DNA from: Limisphaerales bacterium
GTDB lineage: Bacteria; Verrucomicrobiota; Verrucomicrobiia; Limisphaerales; CAIMTB01
Direction of reading: 5' to 3'
Assembly (NCBI GenBank): GCA_046155815.1
Contig: JBJXFY010000210.1
Span: 1-39,688 of the forward strand
Length of the DNA: 39,688 nucleotides
The number at the start of each line of letters is the position of its first letter. Position 1 is the first letter of the stretch. The notes under the pieces are model-generated. The model had not been told where the DNA came from. It worked only from the letters and a program-made list of their open reading frames with translations, and did no database searches. The position numbers and the translations under genes were made by a program. Shown here piece after piece: positions 9,640-18,535 of this stretch.

Positions 9640-10553
9640 GCGAGGCGCACGCGCGGATTGAGCCAGGCCTGGAGCACGTCCACCACGAGGTTCAGCGCGA
9701 CGATCAGCGTCGCGTAGAGCAGCACGGTGCCGAGGACCATCGTGTAGTCGCGGTTCAGCGCGGACTTCACGAAGAACTGCCCGAGGCCGGGAACGCCGAA
9801 GATCGTCTCGACGACGAAGGAGCCGGTGATCAGGCCCGCCGCGGCCGGACCGAGGAAGGCCACCACCGGCAGCAGCCCGCCGCGCAGCGCGTGGCGGAGG
9901 AGCACGCGCGCCTCGGAGGCGCCCTTGGCCCGCGCGGTGCGGATGAAGTCCTGCGACAGCACCTCGAGCATCCCGCCGCGGGTGAGGCGCGCGACGTAGG
10001 CGGCGTAGTACCCGCCGAGCGTGAGCGCGGGCAGCACGCGGTCGCTCCACGCGTACCAGCCCCACGAGTTGAACCAGCCGAGGGTCAGGGCGAAGACCAG
10101 CACCAGCAGCGGCCCGAGCACGAAGGTCGGCAGGCAGAGGCCCAGCGTGGCGAGCGACATGGGCACGAAGTCCAGCGCCGTGTTGCGCCGCAGCGCGGCG
10201 AGCAGCCCGGCCCCGAGACCCAGCACCAGCGCCACCAGCAGCGCCCACGCGCCCAGCTCCAGCGACACGGGGAAGGCGTCGGCAATCAGCTCATTGACGG
10301 TGTGGGTGTGGAACTTGAACGACGGCCCGAGGTCCCCCCGCAACAGGTCGCCCATGTAGGCCAGGTATTGCCACCCCAGCGGCTGGTCGAGGCCGTACTG
10401 GCGCTCGAGGTTCAACTGGATTTCCGGCGTGACGGCGCGCTCGGCGGAGAAGGGGCCGCCCGGCGCCAGGCGGACCATGAAGAACGTGACGGTGGCGATG
10501 AGCAGCAGCAGCGGGATCGTCTCGAGCAGGCGGCGGACGAGGAAGCGCAGCAT
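9636..10553 (-). CDS. oppB: Oligopeptide ABC transporter permease (OppB)
   Basis: LAPGGPF, GDLGPSF, DFIRTARAKG, VETIFGVPGLG, NRDY. Confidence 0.93.
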   Translation of the reverse strand: MLRFLVRRLLETIPLLLLIATVTFFMVRLAPGGPFSAERAVTPEIQLNLERQYGLDQPLGWQYLAYMGDLLRGDLGPSFKFHTHTVNELIADAFPVSLELGAWALLVALVLGLGAGLLAALRRNTALDFVPMSLATLGLCLPTFVLGPLLVLVFALTLGWFNSWGWYAWSDRVLPALTLGGYYAAYVARLTRGGMLEVLSQDFIRTARAKGASEARVLLRHALRGGLLPVVAFLGPAAAGLITGSFVVETIFGVPGLGQFFVKSALNRDYTMVLGTVLLYATLIVALNLVVDVLQAWLNPRVRLA

Positions 10554-10559
10554 GGCGGC

Positions 10560-12206
10560 TCAGTCGCGGCGCGTGAGCGGCGTCCCCACGTCGAACGACG
10601 CGCCGTGGAAATTGTAGAGATTGTGCAGGTTCGGGTGCCAGTCCCGCAGCGCCGGATGGACGAGGGCCGCCTTCACGTAGAAGTAGATCGGGATCACCGG
10701 CAGCTCCGCCACCAGCACGGCCTCGGCCTCGGCCATGATGCGCCGGCGCTCCGCGGGGTCGGCCGTGGCGGCGGCGCGGGCGATGAGGACGTCATAGCGC
10801 GGGCTGCCCCAGCCGGTCTTGTTGTTGCCGTCGCCGGTCTTCCAGAGATCGAGGAAGGTATTGGGGTCCACGTAGTCGCCGATCCAGCCGGCACGCGAGA
10901 AGTCGTAGTTCATCGTGCGCTCGTTATCGAGGTACACCTTCCACTCGGTGTTCGCGAGCGTGACGCGGATGCCGAGGTGTTTCCGCCACATCTCCTGGAT
11001 GGCCTCGGCGATGGCCCGGTGCTTCTCCGAGGTATTGAAGTTGAGGGCGAACTCCGGAAAGCCCCGGCCCTCCGGGAAGCCCGCCTCGGCCAGCAGCCGC
11101 TGCGCCTCGGCCACGTCCTTGCCCGCGGCGAACGGCGGCGAGGTGTACCCGGCCATCCCCGGCGGCACCATGTGGTAGGCGGGCAGGGAGCCGTCGCGCA
11201 GCACGTTCTCGCACAGCGCCTCGCGGTCAATGGCCAGCGCGAGGGCGCGGCGCACGCGGGGATCCTGGAGCGGCCCGCGCGTGGTGTTCACGCGGTAGAA
11301 GTAGGTGCCGAGGTACGGGTCAATGCGCAGCTCGGCCGGGCGGTTTTCCCGCCACCAGTCCAGCTTCGCCCGCGGCACCTCGTAGGTCACGTGCAGCAGC
11401 CCGGAGCGGAAGGCCGTCTCCTCCGTGTCCAGCGAGCTGATGGGGAAGTAGCGGATTTCGTTCAGCTTCACGTGCGCGGCGTCCCAGTAGCGGGGGTTCT
11501 TCCTCAGGATGACGTGCCGGCCGATGCGCCACTCGTGGAAGGTGAAAGGGCCGTTGCCCACGAAGTTCTCCGGCCGCGTCCAGCGCGTGCCCTTGCGCGC
11601 CTCCCCGCCGAACTTCGCCACCGTCGGCATGTGCACCGGATACCAAGTGTAGTGGTACCCGATCATGCCGAGGAAGTAGGGCGTCGGCGCGTTCAGGCGG
11701 ATGCGGTAGGTGTGCGGGTCGGGCGCCTCGAAGCCGACCTCGGCGAAGTTCGTGATCCGCCCGGTGTAATACGCCTCCGCGTTCGTGACCACGAACATCA
11801 TCCCGGCGTACTGGCAGCCCAGCGCGGGCGTGAGCACGCGGCGGTGGGACTGGAGGAAGTCCAGCGACGTGACGGGATCGCCGTTGGACCAGCGGGCATC
11901 CTTGCGCAGGTGGAAGGTGTACACCCGACCGTCCGGCGAGACCTCCCAGCGCTCCGCCGCTCCGGGCTGCGGCGAAAGGTCGCGCGTGTCCAGGCGCACG
12001 AGGCCCTCGAGCAGGCCGTCAATCACGTTGTGCTCCGGGATGCCCGTCACCGCGTGCGGGTCCACGTCCGTGAGGTCGTCCCCGTTGCCGATGAGCAGCA
12101 CGCCCTCGCGCGCGGCGCGGTCAGCCATGCGCTCGCTCTCGCCGCAGCCGGCCAGGAGCGCGGCGGCGGCGAGCGCGGCCAGCGCAGGGAGGCGGCGGAC
12201 GTTCAC
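10560..12206 (-). CDS. oppA: Peptide ABC transporter substrate-binding lipoprotein (OppA)
   Basis: Lipobox LLAGC, YTFHLRKDARWSNGDPVT, VGNGPF, RVRRALALAIDR, RAGWIGDYVDP. Start codon uncertain. Confidence 0.92.
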   Translation of the reverse strand: MNVRRLPALAALAAAALLAGCGESERMADRAAREGVLLIGNGDDLTDVDPHAVTGIPEHNVIDGLLEGLVRLDTRDLSPQPGAAERWEVSPDGRVYTFHLRKDARWSNGDPVTSLDFLQSHRRVLTPALGCQYAGMMFVVTNAEAYYTGRITNFAEVGFEAPDPHTYRIRLNAPTPYFLGMIGYHYTWYPVHMPTVAKFGGEARKGTRWTRPENFVGNGPFTFHEWRIGRHVILRKNPRYWDAAHVKLNEIRYFPISSLDTEETAFRSGLLHVTYEVPRAKLDWWRENRPAELRIDPYLGTYFYRVNTTRGPLQDPRVRRALALAIDREALCENVLRDGSLPAYHMVPPGMAGYTSPPFAAGKDVAEAQRLLAEAGFPEGRGFPEFALNFNTSEKHRAIAEAIQEMWRKHLGIRVTLANTEWKVYLDNERTMNYDFSRAGWIGDYVDPNTFLDLWKTGDGNNKTGWGSPRYDVLIARAAATADPAERRRIMAEAEAVLVAELPVIPIYFYVKAALVHPALRDWHPNLHNLYNFHGASFDVGTPLTRRD

Positions 12207-12347
12207 GACCGCCACACTGTTCGCGGCGATGCCAACCGTCAAACCGCCGGGGCGGAATGCGCCGCCCGCCCCGCGGCTCGCCGGAAAGCCGGGGCGGGCC
12301 GGCGGTGGCCGGGCTTGTTCCGGGTCAAGCCGCCGCCGTCCTGGGCG

Positions 12348-12376
12348 TTGACTCAGCGGTGGCCGGCCGGAAGCTT
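12348..12376 (+). promoter_or_regulatory. Candidate sigma70 promoter, possibly giving a leaderless mRNA
   Basis: TTGACT-N17-AAGCTT, 6 nt upstream of GTG ATG at 12383/12386; no Shine-Dalgarno visible. Confidence 0.35.
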
Positions 12377-12385
12377 CGCGCCGTG

Positions 12386-12769
12386 ATGCGGCGCGCCGCC
12401 CAGTGGACCGTGGCGATGGTGCTGGCCCTTTCCTTGGGCCTGCACTGGGCCGTGCTCCAGACGGCCGCGTGGGCGGGCATGCTGGCCTCCTATTCCCGCC
12501 AGACCTCCTTCGCCGAGGCCGTCGCGTGGACCTTCGACGGCCAGCACCCCTGCCGCGTCTGCAAACTGGTCGAGGCCGGCCGATCCGCCGGCGGGGAGCA
12601 GCCGCTCGCGCCGGTGCGAACCTTCAAGCTCGATCCGGCCACGCCGGCTTCCGCAGCCACCGAAGCCATGGTCCCGGCCACCGAGCCGGAAGCCGGTTCC
12701 TTCCCGTGGCCGGCCGTCTGGACCGCCCGCACCGAGACTCCGCCCGTCCCGCCGCCCCGTTTCGCCTGA
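12386..12769 (+). CDS. DUF2946/CruR-like small membrane-targeted protein (putative metal-sensing leader ORF)
   Basis: N-terminal hydrophobic segment (VLALSLGLHWAVLQTAAWAGML), TFDGQHPCRVC CxxC motif, flexible linker, C-terminal ARTETPPVPPPRFA. Confidence 0.7.
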   Translation: MRRAAQWTVAMVLALSLGLHWAVLQTAAWAGMLASYSRQTSFAEAVAWTFDGQHPCRVCKLVEAGRSAGGEQPLAPVRTFKLDPATPASAATEAMVPATEPEAGSFPWPAVWTARTETPPVPPPRFA

Positions 12770-12772
12770 CCC

Positions 12773-12979
12773 GCCGCGCCGCCTTGGCGGCGCGGCCCTT
12801 CCCCCCGGCCGGCCGCGCCTGCGGCCGGTGATGTCAGGTTCCGAAACCCGCCGCCGCACTTCGGCGGCATCCGTCCGCAATCCCAGTCCCTTCGTATCCG
12901 AAAAGGCCGGCGCGCGCAGGTCATGGCGCTGCCCGTTCCGGCCTTCGCCCCCGCCGCCGCATCGGCGATGCGGTGGCGG
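12773..12979 (+). promoter_or_regulatory. Highly structured intergenic leader with five hairpins
   Basis: Stems at 12773-12796, 12809-12828, 12850-12868, 12903-12945 and 12951-12979; none has a U-tract. Confidence 0.5.
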
Positions 12980-12996
12980 ATGAAATCTCAGCCGCC

Positions 12997-13908
12997 ATGT
13001 CAACCCGAACCACCATGTCCATCCTCCTGAACTCACCCCCCGTCGCCTCCCATCCCTTCCCGTGCCACGTCGCGCGCCGCCTGCCGGCGGTGCTGACGGC
13101 GCTGCTCCTGCTCGCCGGCCGGGCCGGCGCGCACGACACCTTGCTGACCAACGTCCCCATGCAGGGGCCCATGATCCACGTGGGCTTCGAGTACCACGCG
13201 GCGCACCAGGCGCTGCATGTCCACCTCGACCCCGGCGTGCCCGCGCTGACTCCCCTCGCCCTCAGCCATCCGGACGCGATGTTCGCGGCGGACGCCCCGT
13301 GGCGCGCCTACCTGGACCCGCACACGCTCGGCTGGGCCTTCAACCGCCAGTACGGTTTCGTCGTGGGCGGCGATTCGGACCCGCTGCCGGCGGGGAGCGC
13401 GATCTGGATCCGCCAGATCTCCGCTACGCCCGGCCTGCAGGTCTTCCGCTACCGGCCGGCTGGTCCCGCGACGTGGGCGCCGATGTTCGGCTCGGACGGC
13501 TCGACGAACGTCTTCGAGTGGAGCCTGACCATGTTCCATCCCGCGTACGCCTGCCCGCCCGACGGCGGCCCGCACGAGGCCGCATATGAGGCGTTCCTGG
13601 TGAATCCGGCCACGGGCGAGCCGGTGGCCGGCGTCGTGCCGGCCGCGTTCACGCTGAAGTGGACGGTGGCCGGACAGGCCACCGGTCCCGAGCTGGCCAT
13701 CGCGCACAAGGTTGCCCTCACCTGGGCAGCCGACGGCACGAACCACGTCGTCCAGTGGTCGCCGGCCGCCACGGGCGCGCCGTGGACCACGCTGACGAAC
13801 ACGCCGGGCGTGCTCGACGGCCGGCTCACGATCCTGGTCGCGCCGGACAAGGAGGCCGGGTTCTTCCGGCTCGCGCCCATGGACGGCGGGCATCACCGCG
13901 GCCACTGA
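12997..13908 (+). CDS. Exported His/Met-rich putative metal-binding protein with C-terminal FFRL domain
   Basis: Signal peptide ending AGA|HDT; [23 protein letters not shown]; MFHP; tail [17 protein letters not shown]. Start may be 12997 or 13015. Confidence 0.7.
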   Translation: MSTRTTMSILLNSPPVASHPFPCHVARRLPAVLTALLLLAGRAGAHDTLLTNVPMQGPMIHVGFEYHAAHQALHVHLDPGVPALTPLALSHPDAMFAADAPWRAYLDPHTLGWAFNRQYGFVVGGDSDPLPAGSAIWIRQISATPGLQVFRYRPAGPATWAPMFGSDGSTNVFEWSLTMFHPAYACPPDGGPHEAAYEAFLVNPATGEPVAGVVPAAFTLKWTVAGQATGPELAIAHKVALTWAADGTNHVVQWSPAATGAPWTTLTNTPGVLDGRLTILVAPDKEAGFFRLAPMDGGHHRGH

Positions 13909-13918
13909 CCAACCGGCC

Positions 13919-14626
13919 GTGCGGATTCCTGCATCATCTCGCGTTCCGGCCGGCCCGGCCCCGTGTGGGTTCGGGTCGGCCCGGGGCTTCACGCTGATCG
14001 AGCTGCTGGTCGTCATCGCGATCATCGCCCTTGTCGCCAGCCTGCTCCTGCCGGCGCTTGGGCGGGCGCGGGAGAAAGCCCGGGCGGCGACCTGCCTCAA
14101 CCACGTCCGGCAGGTCGGACTGGCCCTGCAGCTTTACGTCGATGATCATGGCGACGAGCCGCCGCGCAGCCAGCACTCGGCAGCGGCGCACGGCGTGAGG
14201 CCGTGGGGCGTCACGCTGCGCCCGTACCTCGGCCTGTCGGCGGAGCCGGAGCGCGGCGGCCCGCGCGGCGGCGTGTTCCGCTGCCCGGCCGACCGGCGGA
14301 CCAACGGCTGGAGCTACGGTCTGAACGTCTATTTCGAGCTCGACCCGGAGCACGACGACTACCCCGGCCGCCCGGCGACGTGGCGGCGTCTCAGCCTCAT
14401 CCCCCAACCCTCCGACACCGTCTGGCTGGGTGAAGCCGCCGGGTCCGTGGACCATCTGATGGCCCATTTCTGGGTCGAGGACGGCCCGGTCGAGGTGGCG
14501 ACCAACCGCCATGGCCGCGTCAGCCTCCATGGCCATGTCGACGGCCACGCCGCCGCGCGACGCTTCACCGACACCTTCCGGCCCTCGGCGGGTGTGGACT
14601 GGTGGAATCCCGCCCGCGATCCTTGA
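13919..14626 (+). CDS. Prepilin-type N-terminal cleavage/methylation protein with H-X9-DG motif (PVC pseudopilin-like)
   Basis: RG|[61 protein letters not shown]. Confidence 0.9.
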   Translation: MRIPASSRVPAGPAPCGFGSARGFTLIELLVVIAIIALVASLLLPALGRAREKARAATCLNHVRQVGLALQLYVDDHGDEPPRSQHSAAAHGVRPWGVTLRPYLGLSAEPERGGPRGGVFRCPADRRTNGWSYGLNVYFELDPEHDDYPGRPATWRRLSLIPQPSDTVWLGEAAGSVDHLMAHFWVEDGPVEVATNRHGRVSLHGHVDGHAAARRFTDTFRPSAGVDWWNPARDP

Positions 14627-14704
14627 ACCATCCGCCGGTCTCGTTACCGGCGTCCGCCCCGCTCCGTCCGACGTACCTTCCCAAACTTGGACCTATCACT
14701 GCCC

Positions 14705-16474
14705 ATGAATCCGAAGCTTCTGCCCGCCCTGGCCGCCGTCCTGCTGGCCGGCCCCGCATGGGGTCGCGGCCTTGAACTCACCGTCAACTCCGTCGGCAAC
14801 GACAACACGCCCGACGCCCGCCTCACCTTGGTCGAGGCGCTCCTGCTGGCCAGCGATTCCCTCGGCCGGCCCGTGTCCGCCGGCGAGTCGGCCCTCATCC
14901 TCGAGGACATCTCCGGCGAGGAGCTGGAGATCCGCTTCGCCGTTCCGGGCGCCGGGCCGCACTTCATCGCCGCGCCGCCGGGTGGCTTTCCGCCACTGGT
15001 CACGCTGGACTTCACGCGGACGCTGATCGACGGCTACTCCCAGCCCGGCACCCTGCCGAACACCGGGCCGGTAGGGGGCACGAACAACGCCGTGCTCAAG
15101 CTGGTGCTCGACTGCCGCGTGCTCGCCGCCGACCCGGTCACGGGCGAGACGCCGGACTATTCCCTGCGCCTCGTCGGCCCGGACATCCATGTCCGCGGCT
15201 TCTCGGTCCTCGCCAGTCAGGACTCGCCGAACTACGGCGTGTACTTCAGCGACGGCGCGGCCGGCGGGCAGGTGAGCGGCTGCTGGTTCGGCCTCTCGCC
15301 GGACCAGACGATCCTCTCCGGCGGCGAGGTCGCCATCGCGGCCTACGGCACGGAGGGCGGGCACGTCTTCGGCTCGGACGGCAACGGCGTGGACGACCTG
15401 GCCGAGGTCAACGTCATCGTCGCCCAGGCCATCGGCGGGCAGTTCGAGGACACCAAGGACATCCATGTGCAGGACAACCTCATCGGCGTGCTGCCGGACG
15501 GGAGGACGCTGCCGCCGGAGGACATCCGCGACGCGCTCGAGGGCGACGCCGTGGAGGGCGCGGGCCTCGCCGGCACGATCACGCTGCGACGGAACGTCAT
15601 CGGCGGGATGCGCGGCGATGTGGTGGAGTTCTACGGTCCGGCGGAACGGCTCGTCATCCAAGGCAACTGGATCGGCGTCGCCGCCGACGGCGTCACCCCG
15701 CTGCCCAACGGCAACTTCCTCCGCGTGCAGGCCGTGCAGGCCGTCGTCGGCGCGGAGGCGGACGCGCCCACGGGCTCCGCGCTGTCCAACCGCATCCACA
15801 ACCATTCCGGCTACCTCTTCCGCCACACGCGGCCGGACACGCGGATCGAGCACCGCGGAAATCATCTTGTCGGCAACACCGGGCCGTACTTCGAGCTGCT
15901 GGAGAACTCCCTCGCCGGCCTGCGCCTCGGCCGCGACACGGATCTCGCGCCCGTGCTCGCGACGAACTCCACGCGCCAGCTCCTGCGCGGCACCGTGCTG
16001 CTCAGCGGTCCCGGCACGAACGGCCTCACCGCCGCCGTCGTGGACGTGCACCTCGCCGAGCCGGGGCCGGCCCCGGAGCATCCGGTCATCGGCCTGCGCC
16101 TCGCGACGTTCCTCGAAGGTGGCCTGGCGGACCTGGATCCGCTGCCCGGCGCGTTCGCCTTCGACCTGACGGACGTGGCGGGAATCAACTTGGCCGCGCA
16201 CCTCGTCGTGACGAGCACGCTCAGCGAAGATTCGGGCACGGACACCTCGCCCTTCTCGAACCTGCTGGCGCTCCCGCCCGAAGCCCCCAGCCTCGCCATC
16301 GCTCGTGACGGCGACGAAGTCGTGCTGACCTGGAGCGATCCGGCTTACGGCGCGCAGTTCCTCTTCGGCAACCTCGCCGACCCGAACGGCTGGTCGGACA
16401 TCCCCGGCGATTCGCCCCGGCGCGCGCCGCTGTCACTCAGCCAGGCCGCGTTCTTCCGGCTGAAGAAGCGGTGA
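14705..16474 (+). CDS. Large exported protein, probable parallel beta-helix, with C-terminal FFRL domain
   Basis: Signal peptide MNPKLLPALAAVLLAGPAWG; LTVNSVGND..LTLVEAL; IDGYSQPG..PN; repeated GCWFG/DNLIG/RNVIG/GNWIGVAADG; TSPFS; tail AAFFRLKKR. Confidence 0.75.
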   Translation: MNPKLLPALAAVLLAGPAWGRGLELTVNSVGNDNTPDARLTLVEALLLASDSLGRPVSAGESALILEDISGEELEIRFAVPGAGPHFIAAPPGGFPPLVTLDFTRTLIDGYSQPGTLPNTGPVGGTNNAVLKLVLDCRVLAADPVTGETPDYSLRLVGPDIHVRGFSVLASQDSPNYGVYFSDGAAGGQVSGCWFGLSPDQTILSGGEVAIAAYGTEGGHVFGSDGNGVDDLAEVNVIVAQAIGGQFEDTKDIHVQDNLIGVLPDGRTLPPEDIRDALEGDAVEGAGLAGTITLRRNVIGGMRGDVVEFYGPAERLVIQGNWIGVAADGVTPLPNGNFLRVQAVQAVVGAEADAPTGSALSNRIHNHSGYLFRHTRPDTRIEHRGNHLVGNTGPYFELLENSLAGLRLGRDTDLAPVLATNSTRQLLRGTVLLSGPGTNGLTAAVVDVHLAEPGPAPEHPVIGLRLATFLEGGLADLDPLPGAFAFDLTDVAGINLAAHLVVTSTLSEDSGTDTSPFSNLLALPPEAPSLAIARDGDEVVLTWSDPAYGAQFLFGNLADPNGWSDIPGDSPRRAPLSLSQAAFFRLKKR

Positions 16475-16538
16475 GTTCCCGGAGCGCCGGCCATACAAGC
16501 CGTTTGGCTTTTCACTGGAGACCCCGCAGCGTGCCGTC

Positions 16539-17441
16539 GTGATCTGGAAGGCGCTGATGATCGCGGCGGCCTTGGGCCGTCCGGCCGTCGTCATGGCCGC
16601 GGAGCCGGGGGCCCCACGGGCGCTGGACGTGCCCGAACTGGAGGTTCCCTTCCAGGTCACGGACCGCATTTTTTCGGGCGGCCTGCCCGAGGGCGACGCC
16701 GCCTTCGCCGCGCTCCAGAAGCTCGGCGTGAAGACGATCATCTCCGTGGACGGCACCAAGCCGGAAGTCGAACGCGCCGCGAGGTACGGGCTCCGCTACA
16801 TCCACCTGCCGCACGGCTACGACGGCATCCCCACGAACACGGCCGCCCGCCTCGTGAAGGCGGCGCAGACGGCCGACGGGCCGATCTACCTGCACTGCCA
16901 TCACGGCCGGCACCGCGGCCCGGCGGCGGTCGGGCTGATCGCCCAGGCCACCGCGGGCTGGACCACGAACCAGGCCGTCGCGTGGCTCCGGCAGGCCGGC
17001 ACGTCCGCGGACTACGCCGGGTTGTTCCGCGACAACGTGAACTTCCGCCCGCCCGCGCCGGAGTTCCTCGCCTCGCTGGGCACGAACTTCACGTCGCGCG
17101 CGGAAGTGTCCGGTCTCGTGGAAGGCATGGTCGAGGTGGACCGGCGCTGGGAGCACTTGAAGGAAATCCAGCAGGCCGGCTGGCGGGCGCCGGCGAAACA
17201 TCCCGACCTTGTGCCGGCCACCGAGGCCCTGCTGCTCCAGGAGGCGTACCGCGAACTGCTGCGCGTGCCGGAGTCCGCGGAGCGGGGCGACGACTTCCTC
17301 GCGCTGCTGCGGCAGGCCGGGGCGGAGGCGGAGGAACTGCACGCCGCGCTCAAGGCCGGCGGCGATCCCGCGCGGGTCGAGGCCGCCGCCCGCGCCGTCG
17401 GCCGGAGCTGCTCGGCGTGCCACCGGCGGTTCAGGAACTGA
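16539..17441 (+). CDS. Fusion of a Cys-phosphatase/sulfurtransferase-like (CX5R) domain and a C-terminal cytochrome c'-like haem domain
   Basis: LGVKTIISVDG, YIHLP, PIYLHCHHGRHRG P-loop; helical C-terminal half ending SCSACHRRFRN (CxxCH). Confidence 0.8.
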   Translation: MIWKALMIAAALGRPAVVMAAEPGAPRALDVPELEVPFQVTDRIFSGGLPEGDAAFAALQKLGVKTIISVDGTKPEVERAARYGLRYIHLPHGYDGIPTNTAARLVKAAQTADGPIYLHCHHGRHRGPAAVGLIAQATAGWTTNQAVAWLRQAGTSADYAGLFRDNVNFRPPAPEFLASLGTNFTSRAEVSGLVEGMVEVDRRWEHLKEIQQAGWRAPAKHPDLVPATEALLLQEAYRELLRVPESAERGDDFLALLRQAGAEAEELHAALKAGGDPARVEAAARAVGRSCSACHRRFRN

Positions 17442-17467
17442 CGCCGGCCCGCCGCGCCCCCCCGGGC

Positions 17468-18535
17468 TCAGTGCTTCAAGAACTCGTCCAGCGCCGCGCG
17501 GCTGATGCGCCAGGTGCTGCCGATCTTCTTCCCCTTCAGCTCGCCGGCCTCGAGCGTGGCGAGCACGTCGCCCTCGCTCACGCCGAGCTGCTGGGCCACC
17601 TCTCCCGGCGACAGCAGCGCCGGCGCGACGGCGGCCGGAGCCGCGGCCACCGGCGGCGGCACCGCGCCGGGCGCGGCCTGCGGGGCCATCATTGAGGCGG
17701 CCATCTCGCGAGCCATCGCAAAGCCCGCGCCGAGCTGCGCCGCGGCGGCGGCGGGACTGTCGCCCCCGCCTTTCTCGAGACCCTGCGCCATCTGGAACTT
17801 CACGTAGTCGTTCAGGTTCCCCACGGCCGACATGCTGGAGCGCTTGTCAATCGCCGCCTCGACCTCGGGCGGCACGGAGGCGTTCTCGAGGATGAAGCTG
17901 CTGATCTCGATGCCGTACTTCCCCGTGACCTGCGGGTTGATGAGCGGCAGCAGCGCCTCGCCCAGGTCCTGGTAGCGCGTGGCGAGGTCCAGCACCGGAA
18001 TCTTCGCCGACGCCAGCGCGTCGCTGAACACGCTGATGATCCGCGAGCGCATCGTGTCCTGGAACTCGTCCAGCCGGAAATGCGCGTCCGTGCCGGCGAC
18101 CTCCCTCAGGAACGTCCGCGGCTCGACAATCTTGAAGTCGAAGGTGCCGAAGGCCCGCACGCGCACGATGCCGAAGTCGGCGTCGCGCATCATGATCGGG
18201 TTGGACGTGCCCCACCTGTTGCCGGTGAAGAGGCGGGTGACGAGGTAGTACACGTCCGCCTTGAAGGGGCTCTCGAAGCCGTACTTCCAGCCCTTGAGCC
18301 GCGACAGGATCGGGATGTTGTCGGTGACCAGCGAGTGCTTGCCCGGCCCGAAGGTGTCGCCGAACTGGCCGAGGTACATGAACTGCACCGTCTGCGACTC
18401 GCGCACGATGAGCTGCGCGCCGTTCTTGATCTCCTTGTCCTCGTCCGGCCAGCGGTAGCTGAGCGTGTCGCGGGAATCGTCGTCCCACTGGATGATCTCC
18501 CAGGCTTGGGACTTGAGGAAGTTGAGTAGGCTCAT
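17468..18535 (-). CDS. SPFH/band-7-like (YdjI-type) protein with C-terminal excisionase-like HTH
   Basis: EIKNGAQLIVRESQ, FGPG, SPFKADVY, WGTSNPIMMRD..FGIVRVRAFG; C-terminus LLSPGEVAQQLGVS...GELKGKKIGSTWRISRAAL. Confidence 0.85.
   Translation of the reverse strand: MSLLNFLKSQAWEIIQWDDDSRDTLSYRWPDEDKEIKNGAQLIVRESQTVQFMYLGQFGDTFGPGKHSLVTDNIPILSRLKGWKYGFESPFKADVYYLVTRLFTGNRWGTSNPIMMRDADFGIVRVRAFGTFDFKIVEPRTFLREVAGTDAHFRLDEFQDTMRSRIISVFSDALASAKIPVLDLATRYQDLGEALLPLINPQVTGKYGIEISSFILENASVPPEVEAAIDKRSSMSAVGNLNDYVKFQMAQGLEKGGGDSPAAAAAQLGAGFAMAREMAASMMAPQAAPGAVPPPVAAAPAAVAPALLSPGEVAQQLGVSEGDVLATLEAGELKGKKIGSTWRISRAALDEFLKH

Noticed and set aside
9891-12386. 831-aa plus-strand ORF
   Set aside because: Antisense to oppA/oppB; low-complexity Arg/Ala/Gly translation.
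17468-17620. Excisionase-like HTH as a sign of a prophage or integrative element
   Set aside because: It is fused in frame to the SPFH protein; no integrase, att site or phage genes nearby.
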